Assembly (NCBI RefSeq): GCF_001194135.2
Contig: NC_068986.1
Location: forward strand, 6,295,260 to 6,359,259
Origin: Octopus bimaculoides
Taxonomy: Eukaryota
Reading direction: 5' to 3'
DNA length: 64,000 nt
A model generated the notes under the pieces. It had not been told where the DNA came from and did no database searches. It saw only the letters and a program-made list of their open reading frames with translations. Position numbers and translations under genes: made by a program. Shown in pieces: positions 12,581 through 23,269 of the stretch (its first letter is position 1; each line of letters opens with the position of its first letter).

Positions 12581-13699
12581 TTTTATCTAAGTTTGTGAGC
12601 CGGCAGGATTGTTTGTGCATCTGACTAGGTGATTGGTAGCATTTGTTCTGGCTCTTTATGTTCTGAGTTCAAATTCCACTGATATTGACCTTGCATCTTT
12701 TTGTGGTCAGTGAATTAAGTACCTGTAGTGACGCATGGTTCTAGATGCCATGTTAGAACATTCATCTACGCATGCACAAGGATTAGAGCTTTCCGAAGAC
12801 CTGACAGAAGCCCCTTATGTGCATGCGCAATCATCATCAGCAGCTAGGGTTCACCACCATTCACTGTCTTCGATCGCAGCTTCTGACCAGGCAGGATGCA
12901 ACTTAGGGCAGCTCTGTGGAGAATAGACTTTTGATGGTGAGTGACACTGCGAGTCTGTGAAAATGCCTTATCACTTTTGTGTCTAACTACCAACCCAGCT
13001 GCTTTCTTCACCAAGGCATTCATGGCTACCATTAACCAGAGATGGAATGTTTATTCAGAGAAAATAAATTATTGTTATTTATTCAGAGAGATTTTGTCCT
13101 CTCCTTTCCTTCCATGTACTGTGTATGGAAATTGTGAGGCACCCAGCAAGTGCTAATCACTTTTCCTACATACCATTTGAGCACTAAGCTTGATGTGATT
13201 AACTGACCCTTTCTTCAAAAAGCCCTGTGCCAGAGTTTTAAACCTTTGTTATTATTATTTATTATAATTATCAAAATTATTATCATTATTACTATTATCA
13301 TATTATTACTATTATCATACATGGTGATTGTACTTTCATGGCTTGTAACAGGTTTGCTTGTGTTTGTGTGTTTGAGTTTTTAGGAGACTGTTGCACATGT
13401 GGATATATTTGTGATTGGGCCCTGTGTATGTGTGAGTGTCTCTATAGATTTAATATGTGTGTATGTGAATAGCAGTGCCAGGTCATGCATCTACAATTAC
13501 TCATATTTTTAAACTTCATGAACTTGGCGACCTGCTGCCTGCTAAGCTGTTTCCTTGTGTGATACATACATAGATAGATAGAATAGAAGACAGCCAAAGT
13601 GCTATCTAGTACATCCAGAAACTTAAAATTTTATTAATCTTTATAACTCGTCTCAAACATTTAGCATTTTGTACTATGCTATATTGACCTTTAAATTCT

Positions 13700-14000
13700 C
13701 AACCATTCTTTTTCCAGTTTGGGAACTTTATCTGCAACACTAACAAATTTTGCAAGGAGAACCAAGTTATATAAAAGGTTCTAAGAACTATAATCAATAG
13801 AAGGAAACTGAAGATAAAGCTTTAGTGTATACTTAACTTCTAAATTCCTCACTAAACTCTTTGTAAATTCTGTATTCAGCTTGAATGACTTTCACAAGCT
13901 CTTTATGAAGAGCTACTCTCTTAGCACACATCAGACTATAGTGTACAGGACTCTGTCAAAGATCTTCTTCAGATTCATAAAAGCTAACTAATTGTCTAAC
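13700..14000 (-). mobile_element. Degenerate RTE-clade reverse transcriptase fragment
   Basis: AFMNLKKIFDRV...VIQAEY...FSEEFEVKV...LIIVLE resembles the RTE AFVDLEKAFDRVP / QGSVLSPLLF region, with frameshifts. Confidence 0.6.
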
Positions 14001-14004
14001 TATT

Positions 14005-14163
14005 CACAGGCACGGTTGTGTGGTAAGAAGCTTGCTTCCCAACCACATGGTTCTGGGTTCAGTTCCATTATGTGGCACCTTGGGCAAGCATCTTTGACTA
14101 TAGCCTCAGGTCAACCAAAGACTTGTTAGTTGATTTAGCAGAGAAAAACTGAAAGAAGTCCAT

Positions 14164-14194
<31 letters not shown>

Positions 14195-14590
14195 GACCAA
14201 AGTGTACGTACGCTGCTATATTTTTTTATTTATAAAAAATACAAAAATGGGATAAGAACGCAAAACATCCAGACAGTTAGGTGATACTAAAAAGGGACAA
14301 CAAAACATCGAAACAGACGATACAAAGAAAACAAGGACGGGTCATCTGGGGTTGTATGTGTGTGTGTGTGAGTGTGTCTTTGCATCTGTGTTTGTTCTCC
14401 ACCACTGCTTGACAACTGGTGGTACTTTGCAGCTTAGTATCTCCACAACTTAGCAATTTGACAGAACTGACCAATAGAATAAATACCTGAAAAAAAAAGT
14501 TCTGGGTTTGATTTATTTGACTAAAATTCTTCAAGGCAATGCCCCAACATGGCTACACTCTAATAACTGTAACAAGTAAAAGACAAAAAG
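14005..14590 (+). mobile_element. SINE family A, interrupted in its central (TA)n tract by an unrelated ~155-bp insert (14190-14345)
   Basis: Head 14005-14165 and tail 14350-14590 match the uninterrupted copies at 15295 and 29262. Confidence 0.75.
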
Positions 14591-15213
14591 TATTAAATAA
14601 AATTCCATCATGTGTGTGTGCACAAAATTTGTCATTCTTGCTTCTAGTATCAGATTGTGAGAAAAACAACAACAACAACAACAACAAAAAATGGTATTTA
14701 TCCCCACCTAACCTTTTTTTTTTACCATATTTCTTTTGCAATGCATAATCTTTGTTTTAGTTAATTTAGAAAACAATGAAAAATTTAGTAAAATAACATT
14801 GTCATTGTTAAACCGATGTTTGGAACATAAATTAGCATGAAATTTTGATGAGAGATTTCAATTTAGATCCTTTTAAACAGAAAGTCTGTGACATAGAACT
14901 AGGAGTAATGTCAGGCAGGTTGGTATTAATAGGATTAAAAGTGTTAGAAGACAATATTGTGATAGTTACCATGAGAAAATCTCTCATATGAGCTTCCGGT
15001 GCATATAAACATTCTTGTTTACATCACTAGCATGAGATAAATCAAGTGCCATTGCCTTTAAAAAAAATTGGTGTTGTGTTGAATTTCCTAGTGAGCATTA
15101 TTACATCCCATGGCTCTACATTCTTGAAGAAGTGCAATAAAAGCTCTCTTAATTGTAGAATAGGAAAAAGTTGATAACAGGAAGAGCATCTGATCATTGA
15201 AATATGGCCTTAA

Positions 15214-15465
15214 CCCTTTAAGCATTCACATTACTCTGTCAAGTGTAATGCTTATTTATTCACATTGGTTTGAATTAATCATGTACTATTTTATAGGCGC
15301 AGGTGTGGCTGTGTGGTAAGAAGCTTGCTTCCCAACCATGTGGTTCCGGGTTCAGGCCCACAGCATGACACCTTGGGCAAGTATCATCTACTATAGCCAC
15401 AGGCTGACCAAAGCCTTGTGAGTGGATTTGGTACATGGAAACTGAAAGAAGCCTGTCATATAAAT

Positions 15466-15548
<83 letters not shown>

Positions 15549-15952
15549 TATAGATATATATATATATATATGTATGTATGTCTCTTTGTGTCTGTGTTTC
15601 TCCCCTCCACCATCACTTGACAACCGAAGTTGGTCTGTTTATGTCCTTGTAACATAGCAGTTCGATAGAAGACTCCCAATAGAATAAGTACCAGGCTTAC
15701 AAAGAATAAGTTCAGGGATAGATTTCTTCAACTAAAAAGCAGTGCTCCAGCATGGCCTCAGCCAAATGACTGAAACAAGTAAAAGAATAAAAGAATGAAA
15801 GAATATTTTGTAGCTTTGAGATTTCAAAGATGTAATTGCTTATTTTTACAATGACATTATAAGGTATGTGTGAAAGGTCAGATCTAGCCAGTTTCAACAT
15901 AAAACAGGAAGAAAATTTTAGGCCAGATATGACTGGTTTAAATGCTAAAGGG
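15214..15952. mobile_element. piggyBac-type MITE with a nested SINE
   Basis: TTAA at 15210-15213 and 15953-15956; TIRs cccttt(a)agcatt / aatgctaaaggg. Confidence 0.8.
15295..15805 (+). mobile_element. Full-length SINE family A inside the MITE
   Basis: aggcgcaggtgtggctgtgtggtaag head, central (CA)n(TA)n, tail gtgctccagcatggcc...gactgaaacaagtaaaag; tatttt(a/g)t on both flanks as probable TSD. Confidence 0.88.
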
Positions 15953-16125
15953 TTAAATGAGTAAGCATCCAACCTGTATCAGCAAAAAAAAAAAGAAATG
16001 ACTCAGCAAAGGAACAAATAAAACAAATTGCAGTTTTTAAGCTGTGGATGAAAGTACATGCTTATAGAAGCCTGTTTAACCAAAAGATTTGTTTTCTCAA
16101 AGCTATTTACCTAACACAAATATAG

Positions 16126-16209
16126 AAACACTATAATGGCATTATTGCTGATGTGGTCAAAGATTATTTACAGGAAGTCATTAATCAGTTATTATTTTTC
16201 CCACTTCTG
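16126..16209 (+). CDS. Candidate internal exon of an unidentified host gene (KHYNGIIADVVKDYLQEVINQLLFFPLL)
   Basis: Branch-point-like CTAAC, acceptor tatag, donor CTG|GTAAGC, 84 nt, phase 0-0, open frame, no repeat similarity noticed. Protein not recognised. Confidence 0.45.
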
Positions 16210-16824
16210 GTAAGCACTCTTTATTAACTTCTTTGTTGCATATGATTAAGCAAGTATGATAGAAAACCTGAAGCTGCTTAATGGAATTATGAGAGAACAG
16301 TAATTTAATCAAACACCCAAAACAATTTTACCTGTATTTAATTGCTGCCAATAGAGATTGGATATTCACATTGAGACAACTGACTTTATAGCAACTATGA
16401 AGAACATTGGAGACGTCTAGCTATTGACCCAAATTTTTGCTGTCAAGGAAATCTTGTAGTAATCATTGTGTGGATTAATAAGAAAAGAGAAAAAAAAGAA
16501 GAAAGAAATACAGTTATAAAGGAATATATGCCAGAACTATAGTTTGTTTTCCTCAAAGCGTAATAACATTAAACATACATTAAACACAATAGACAAATAT
16601 AATAACGATTGAGGAAAGTAAACAGACTGAGAAATATTGTTTGAAAACGGGCAAAAGGAAATGAACAATATCAACGAATAAAAAAAGAACAACAAAAAAA
16701 TAACAAACATTGTTACAAAAAACAAAATCAGTAGTCTTTTATTATCACAGAATCACCTGAAATAGTTTTAGAAAGAATTCTATAAATTTTTCAAATGTAG
16801 GTTGACAGATATTTTTTTTACAAA

Positions 16825-16847
16825 CATCATCATTATCATCACCAGCA

Positions 16848-16895
<48 letters not shown>

Positions 16896-17070
16896 TCATC
16901 ATCATCATTATCATCATCATTTAATGTCTGATTTCCATGCTGGCATGGGATGGACAGTTTGGCAAGAGCTGGTCAGCCAGAGTGCTGCACCAGACTCCAA
17001 TTGTCTGTTTTGGCGTGATTTCTATAGCTGGATATTCTTCCTAACAGAAACCACTTGACAGAATGTACTG
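16825..17070 (-). mobile_element. RTE-type tail (family B variant) with (GAT)n/(GAC)n tail
   Basis: ttccatgctggcatgggatggacagttt...tttctatagctggat block. Confidence 0.7.
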
Positions 17071-17310
17071 GGTGCATTTTATATGGCACCAGCACCAGTG
17101 CATTTTTATGTGGCACTGGCACAGGTGCCTCATATGTGGTGCACTAACCTGGGTGCTTTTTATGTGGCACCAGCATGGTTCCTCTGTATATAGAGCTGGC
17201 ACAGGTGCTTTTTATGTGGTGCCAGCACAGGTGCACTTTACATGGCACTAGCATGGGTGCATTTTACATGGAACCAGTACAGGTGTTTTTTATATGGCAC
17301 CAGTATGGGT
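17070..17310. repeat. Degenerate ~26-bp minisatellite (ggtgcttttatgtggcaccagcac..), about 9 units
   Basis: Periodic ggtgc...tttta...tggcac...gcac units; the unit resembles the family B internal module. Confidence 0.75.
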
Positions 17311-17500
17311 CTTCTAAATAAACCCTTCTTTTGTTGTTATAATTCACTTCACATCTAGGATGCTCTACCCTCTAAAATTTATAGGAATTTTAAAGCATCC
17401 CCAGTATTTGATTGCTATTTTGTTTTCTGGATCTCATAAAAGGGAAAGGCAAACTTGATGGGATTTGAACTCAGAATGCAAATGATTGTAAATAAGTACT

Positions 17501-17646
17501 GAAAAGTTACCTTAGGAATGAGAACCCAGGTTCGAAATTTCCCCAAGACACCTGAAGAAGGCTGGAGGGTATATCAGCTGAAACATTGTGTTAACAACAA
17601 AAAAGATGACAAATATCCATCAAATGTAAATAATGTAAATAATGTA
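17501..17646 (+). mobile_element. Penelope-type pLTR fragment with decayed hammerhead (family i)
   Basis: Near-identical to 59414-59560; the core has cagct-gaaacatt instead of cagcc-gaaacgtt (CpG decay). Confidence 0.75.
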
Positions 17647-18363
17647 CTCAAAAGTTATTTTGTCCCATATGCTAATGATTCTGCTGTATATGCTTCAAAA
17701 AACAAATATTAGTATCGCCATAATTATTTCTTTATGCAGTTTTCTATGCATGCATGAGTTAGACAGAGTTTCTTCTGACAGATTGTCTGTAGCTNNNNNN
17801 NNNNNNNNNNNNNNNNNNNNNNNNNNNNNNNNNNNNNNNNNNNNNNNNNNNNNNNNNNNNNNNNNNNNNNNNNNNNNNNNNNNNNNNNNNNNNNNNNNNN
17901 NNNNNNNNNNNNNNNNNNNNNNNNNNNNNNNNNNNNNNNNNNNNNNNNNNNNNNNNNNNNNNNNNNNNNNNNNNNNNNNNNNNNNNNNNNNNNNNNNNNN
18001 NNNNNNNNNNNNNNNNNNNNNNNNNNNNNNNNNNNNNNNNNNNNNNNNNNNNNNNNNNNNNNNNNNNNNNNNNNNNNNNNNNNNNNNNNNNNNNNNNNNN
18101 NNNNNNNNNNNNNNNNNNNNNNNNNNNNNNNNNNNNNNNNNNNNNNNNNNNNNNNNNNNNNNNNNNNNNNNNNNNNNNNNNNNNNNNNNNNNNNNNNNNN
18201 NNNNNNNNNNNNNNNNNNNNNNNNNNNNNNNNNNNNNNNNNNNNNNNNNNNNNNNNNNNNNNNNNNNNNNNNNNNNNNNNNNNNNNNNNNNNNNNNNNNN
18301 NNNNNNNNNNNNNNNNNNNNNNNNNNNNNNNNNNNNNNNNNNNNNNNNNNNNNNNNNNNNNNA

Positions 18364-18505
18364 CAACAAGGGTCGCCGCCACCCTCTGCCAGAGCCTTGT
18401 GGAGCTTTAGGTGTTTGCGCTCAATAAACACACGTAACACCCGGTCTGGGAATCAAAACCTCGATCCTCTAACTGCGAGTCCACTGCCCTAACCAATGGG
18501 CCATT
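18364..18505 (-). mobile_element. tRNA-derived SINE family F
   Basis: Reverse complement: tggcccattggttagggcagtggac...ggttttgattccc A/B boxes. Confidence 0.65.
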
Positions 18506-18514
18506 GAAAAATAA

Positions 18515-18762
18515 ATGCGCCCTTTTAAAGCCTAGCCAGGCTCATGGGCCCGGTTTCCCGGTTTCAATGGCGTATGTGTTCCCCAGCTGGACAGGATGCC
18601 AATCCATCATGATGTTACTCATTTTTGTCAGCTGACTGGACTGGAGCAACGTGAAATGAAGTGTTTTGCTCAAGAACACAACATGTCGCCCGGTCCAGGA
18701 ATCGAAACCACAATCTTACGATCATGATGCTGACACTTTAACCACTAAGCCATGCACCTCCA
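18515..18762 (-). mobile_element. tRNA-derived SINE family G (Meta/MESC-like core)
   Basis: gcatggcttagtggttaaagtgtcag...gtttcgattcc head and ccagtccagtcagctgacaaaaatgagta core; related copies at 34615 and 63140. Confidence 0.65.
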
Positions 18763-18780
18763 GTATTTGGTCTTCACTTA

Positions 18781-19009
18781 AGCTTTATTATTATTGTTCT
18801 AGTTTCTTTGTCAAAGCTGTTTTGAGTTACACATCCTGTGACCTCTTCAGAGACCCTCTATCCTATGCATCTCTTCTTGTTCTGCTTATTCTAGAAAATG
18901 TAATAAGCAGAACAAGAGAAGACATATGGGATAGAGCATCACTGATGGGGTCACAGGATGTATGATGAAATAACTTTGACAAAGAAACTGAAATAATAAT
19001 AATAAAGCT
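18781..19009. repeat. Fold-back element (~110-bp arms, 11-nt loop)
   Basis: 18781-18890 is the reverse complement of 18902-19009 with scattered mismatches. Confidence 0.9.
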
Positions 19010-19426
19010 GAAATGAATACCAAATATTTATAGTACATGTGTTTAATTGGCAAAATATGACCATCCCTAATTATAACAATATCTATTTCAATGCACGATT
19101 TCTCATCAGGAATCTTGCAAAACAAATACATAAATGTATTGGTAAAATACTTTATGTGAATTTCTGCATTGAAACAAATTTTGTTGTGTCTAAGGAGAGT
19201 CATTATGCCAATGTAATTAACACACACACTGGTTCAATTCATTGAAAAGGCTGCAAGTAGCAATGTTAGAGCTTTGACAAAAACAAAAGAAATGACCAAC
19301 TGTTTAATCAAATTAAAGAAACAATTAATTAGTTAGTTGGATATTTAATCAATTGACTAATAATAGAGGAGTGGAATTGAACTAGTGTGTGTGTTAATAT
19401 TGGCATAATGACTCTCCCTTGACAAT

Positions 19427-19528
<102 letters not shown>

Positions 19529-19964
19529 GATTAAATTACTGTGTATTATTTAAAATAGTAAGTAGCTGCCAAACTCCAACCAGAGACCCTTAAAGCCAGA
19601 TCTGAGAACTATAAATGGTCTGTTATTTCTTTACTCACCTTTTTTTCAATTTAAGATACTGCAAACAGTTATGGTTTCTGATCACTGTGAGACTAAAAGC
19701 TTTAGCATCCTCTGATTGACAAACCAGACATGTTTTTTCAACTTTGTCAAAGACTCTATTATTTGATTGGGATACATTCACGTAAACTAAATTTTATCTT
19801 CTTGTCATTATAAAAAAAATTCATTACCTCATCTGGATGTTTTTATGTAAACTATTTTTTGATTCATCACAGAGGATGCACAAAGCCTCACACTTTACTT
19901 TTGAAAATCTTTTTAAATAAGTGAAACCTGTTAAGGTTAATAAATACTTTTAAAAGACTTCTGC

Positions 19965-20470
19965 ATTAGGCCTCACCGAGGCAATGACTAGTGATCAAAA
20001 CCTTTGGAAATATGTTGTGCTTGAGAAGACCCAGCAAGCCAAGTGAGACCATAAACCGTGGCCTATGCCAGTGGTGTAACCAGCCCACTTATGCGTACCT
20101 TTCCTTCATTGGACACCAAACTCTGCTTGCGAAGACCTGTTGAGGCAACTGAAATTGGAATGAAATTCAATGACAGCACCGCTTGACTGGCATCCTTGCT
20201 AGTGGAGTGCTGAGAGCACCATCCGAGCGTGATCGTTGCCAGGGCCACTGACTGGCTACCATGCCGGTAGCACGTAAAAAGCACCATTCTAGCATCGCTT
20301 TATTGGCACTTGTGCCGGCGGCACGTGAAAAATAACATTTGCGCGAGGTCGTCGCCAGTGCCGCTGGACTGGCTCCTGTGCAGGTGGCACGTAAAAAACA
20401 CCATTTGAGCGTGGCCGTTGGCAGTACTGCTTGACTGACCCTCGTGCCGGTGGCACGTAAAAGCACCCAC
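19965..20470 (+). mobile_element. RTE-clade LINE 3' end (ORF2 stop plus 3' UTR), cut off at 20470
   Basis: LGLTEAMTSDQNLWKYVVLEKTQQAK*, then family B modules; the usual tail after aagcacccac is missing. Confidence 0.8.
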
Positions 20471-21300
20471 GTGCCAAATAATATGATATATTTCATATTT
20501 TCAAAACTGACACTCCCCTCATCACAATGTTTTCACACAAGGCAAAAAAGCAAATACAGAAATAGAGTTATACAATTACATACCAGCCACCAGAGAAAAA
20601 TTTCTTTATTGCCCACAAGGGGCAAACACAAAGACATGTGGGGATACATAACAAAGAAAAAGAAAAAAAGAAAAGGCGAATGTTATAATGAATGATAAAA
20701 TGAAAATGAGAAATGGAATGATGAGTTACTTCATTTTACTTCTTTTATTTTTTCCTTTTAAACTCGGAGCCTTTCTGACACCTTAAACACTCCTGCATAG
20801 CTTCTTTCATTCCTGTTGGCCCACGAAGTGTCCGACTGTTCAGAATCGGACACCCCAGTGTAACTATTATCTGACCAGCTGATTTCTTCCATTTTTCCTG
20901 GCTTACCCTCCTCTATGAGGAGGGAGAGCACAACTATCCTGCCACAGGGCAGTAAAAACCAAAGTGTTCAAAGAACACTACGACAATTAACAACGATAAT
21001 CGACCAGGCACTCGAGAAAATATTTCTTTATTGCTCACAATGGACCAACACAGAGGGGACAACATAAATACATGTTGGGACACATCACAAAGAAAAAGAA
21101 AATAAAGAAAAGAAAAGGCGTATGTTACAATTCATGATAAAATGAAAATGAGAAATGGAATGAAGTTTCCTCAGTTTTCCAAATTTTTATTTGTGTTATC
21201 GTACATTATTACGTAGGTTCCTTTCTTCCTTTTTCCGGGAGAGGGGAGGTTGAATTACTTGTCTCTGACTGTGTTTGCTTACGTGTTGGAGGGGTGTTAA
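20470..21300 (-). mobile_element. Inverted arm: two head-to-tail 3' ends of the ORF1-only element plus target or hammerhead-like sequence
   Basis: 20470-20785 is the reverse complement of ~22990-23330; 21003-21300 is the reverse complement of ~22680-22790 plus 23055-23212; 20758-20892 encodes MEEISWSDNSYTGVSDSEQSDTSWANRNERSYAGVFKVSERLRV*. Confidence 0.8.
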
Positions 21301-23192
21301 ACTTTGCAGAGGCAGCAGGAAAGAAAGAAAGAGAAACTATTACTGAAATGAAAAATTTGAAAGCATTTACGTCAATGTTAAAAAAAAGGAGCGGACGGAT
21401 ATAAAAGTAGCCCCTCCAACAGAAACAGTAGAACAAGTAAACAAGAACAGAATTGGAAAAACGGTTCGGAACAGTCGAAGTGAGGTTTACATCAGAGGAG
21501 GTGGCTAGGCGGCATACCTCTAAAACTCTATATATATGGGAAGAAGAACATCCAAAGTAAAAATCACAAATATTCCTCCTGAAGTAGATGCTGCCTGGCT
21601 TGTGGCAGCCATAATAATGAACCAGGAGGAAGAAATCTCCATTCTCCAGGACTCAGTGGTGGAAGAGATGAACTGGAAGGGACAATGTCTAAACATGTTG
21701 ATCCAGGCAGAGATCCCCACGCTGGAAGAAGTTCCAGAAATAATAAATTTCAGCGAAGAGAGAGTGATTGTCTTCGTGGAAGGCAGGAAGACAAGATGTT
21801 TCAACTGCGGGCTAAAGAGCCATATAAGGTCCGAATGCAAACCCGAAAAAATAAAAGTGCAAGAAGAAAAGCAAGGAGAAAAAGCAGCGACGGTGGAAGC
21901 GTCACCTACAACAATAGAGAGGGCACCACTACCATCAAAGCCAGAAGAAGAGTGTGAAGATAAAGAAAAGGAGCAGGGGTGGTCGACTGTCTTAATAAAA
22001 AAACGAAGACCACCCTTTCCAAACTGGAAATAGATGAGAAAATAGGAAAAGAAAAAGACACCAACAAATAATAGACTAATCAACCGTTTGGCAGCTGTGT
22101 CATCGAAAGACATTCACATATACAGAATAGGCCGGAAGGATTGCGGACGGATTAAGTCGGAATTCTTTCACGACGTAGGCCCTCTCAGAATGGATTTCTC
22201 TCCATACATTTACGAGGGCCTACGTCCAAATATGCCCCGAGCCCGGAAAAGGAGAAAGAAAAGAAAATGAAAACGAAGAAACCTCGAACCACTGATGCAA
22301 TGGTAAGCAATGTCAAACGTTCATGTAGGTTGTATAAATGTGCATGGCCTGGTGTCAAGCTGGAAGCAGGTACGCAGGTGCTACAAGTGTGGCCAGAAAG
22401 GTCACATACGAGCAATCTGCTCTCTACAAAAGAAAAAAAATTGGAAGAACTGGTAAAAGAAAAGGAGGAGACAATACCTCCACCAGAAGAAACAGAAGAA
22501 AAAGCAGGCAGAACAGAAGACCAATGGGTGACACCAGGAAAGAAAAGGAAGAGAAAAAGAAGGAAACCAGGCAAAATAAATCCTGAAACCCACCCCACCC
22601 AACTACCACCCTCACCCTCTTCTCCCCACCCTCTCCCTACAGACACTGAATNNNNNNNNNNNNNNNNNNNNNNNNNACCCACCCCCCTCCAACACGAAAA
22701 CAAACACAGTCAGACACAAGTAACTCAATCTGCCCTTCCCTAGAAAAAAGGAAGAAAAGAACCTACATAATAATGTACGATAAAAAAAAATTGGTAAGAC
22801 ATTAGAGCGGTGGACACACGCAGGTTCGACAACGTGCAAGGGTGGCATTGCTGCCTGTTGCTGGACGAAATCCAAAGAGGGAAAATTATAAAATTTAAAA
22901 AGGACATAAAATATGGCAAGTCGATATGCAAAATCTGCCAGAGACTATGGAGTACACGTTCTTATTGAAGGAGTACGGAGTAGACATTTTGGAAGGCTCC
23001 GGGTTAAAAAGAAAAAAAAGAACAGAAGTAAAATGAAGAAACTCAGAAGTGGGGCTGAGGAAACTTCATTCCATTTCTCATTTTCATATTTTTATCATTC
23101 ATTATAACATTCGCCTTTTCTTTTTTTCTTTTTCTTTGTTATGTATCCCCACATGTCTTTGTGTTGTCCCCTCTCTGTAGGCAATAAAGAAA
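21300..23192 (+). mobile_element. ORF1(gag)-like, RT-less non-LTR element (L1/Tx1-like ORF1), frameshifted, with AATAAA 3' end
   Basis: NFAEAAGKK N-terminal motif, RRM-like FGTVEVRFTSEEVA...KVKITNIPPE, CX2CX4HX4C knuckles CFNCGLKSHIRSEC (21797-21838) and CYKCGQKGHIRAIC (22379-22420), K/E/P-rich tail, no endonuclease or RT motifs before AATAAA at 23183. Confidence 0.75.
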
Positions 23193-23269
23193 TATTTTCA
23201 CGAGTGGTTGGTATGTAATTGTATAATTGTATTTCCGTATTTGTTTTTTTTTTTTACATTGTGTGAAAA

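Noticed and set aside
13716-13775. Apparent exon LGTLSATLTNFARRTKLYK after a good acceptor
   Set aside because: It is the antisense strand of the RTE RT fragment and the donor is weak.
17070-17310. CRISPR-like periodicity
   Set aside because: Units are contiguous degenerate tandem repeats with no unique spacers, in a eukaryotic context.
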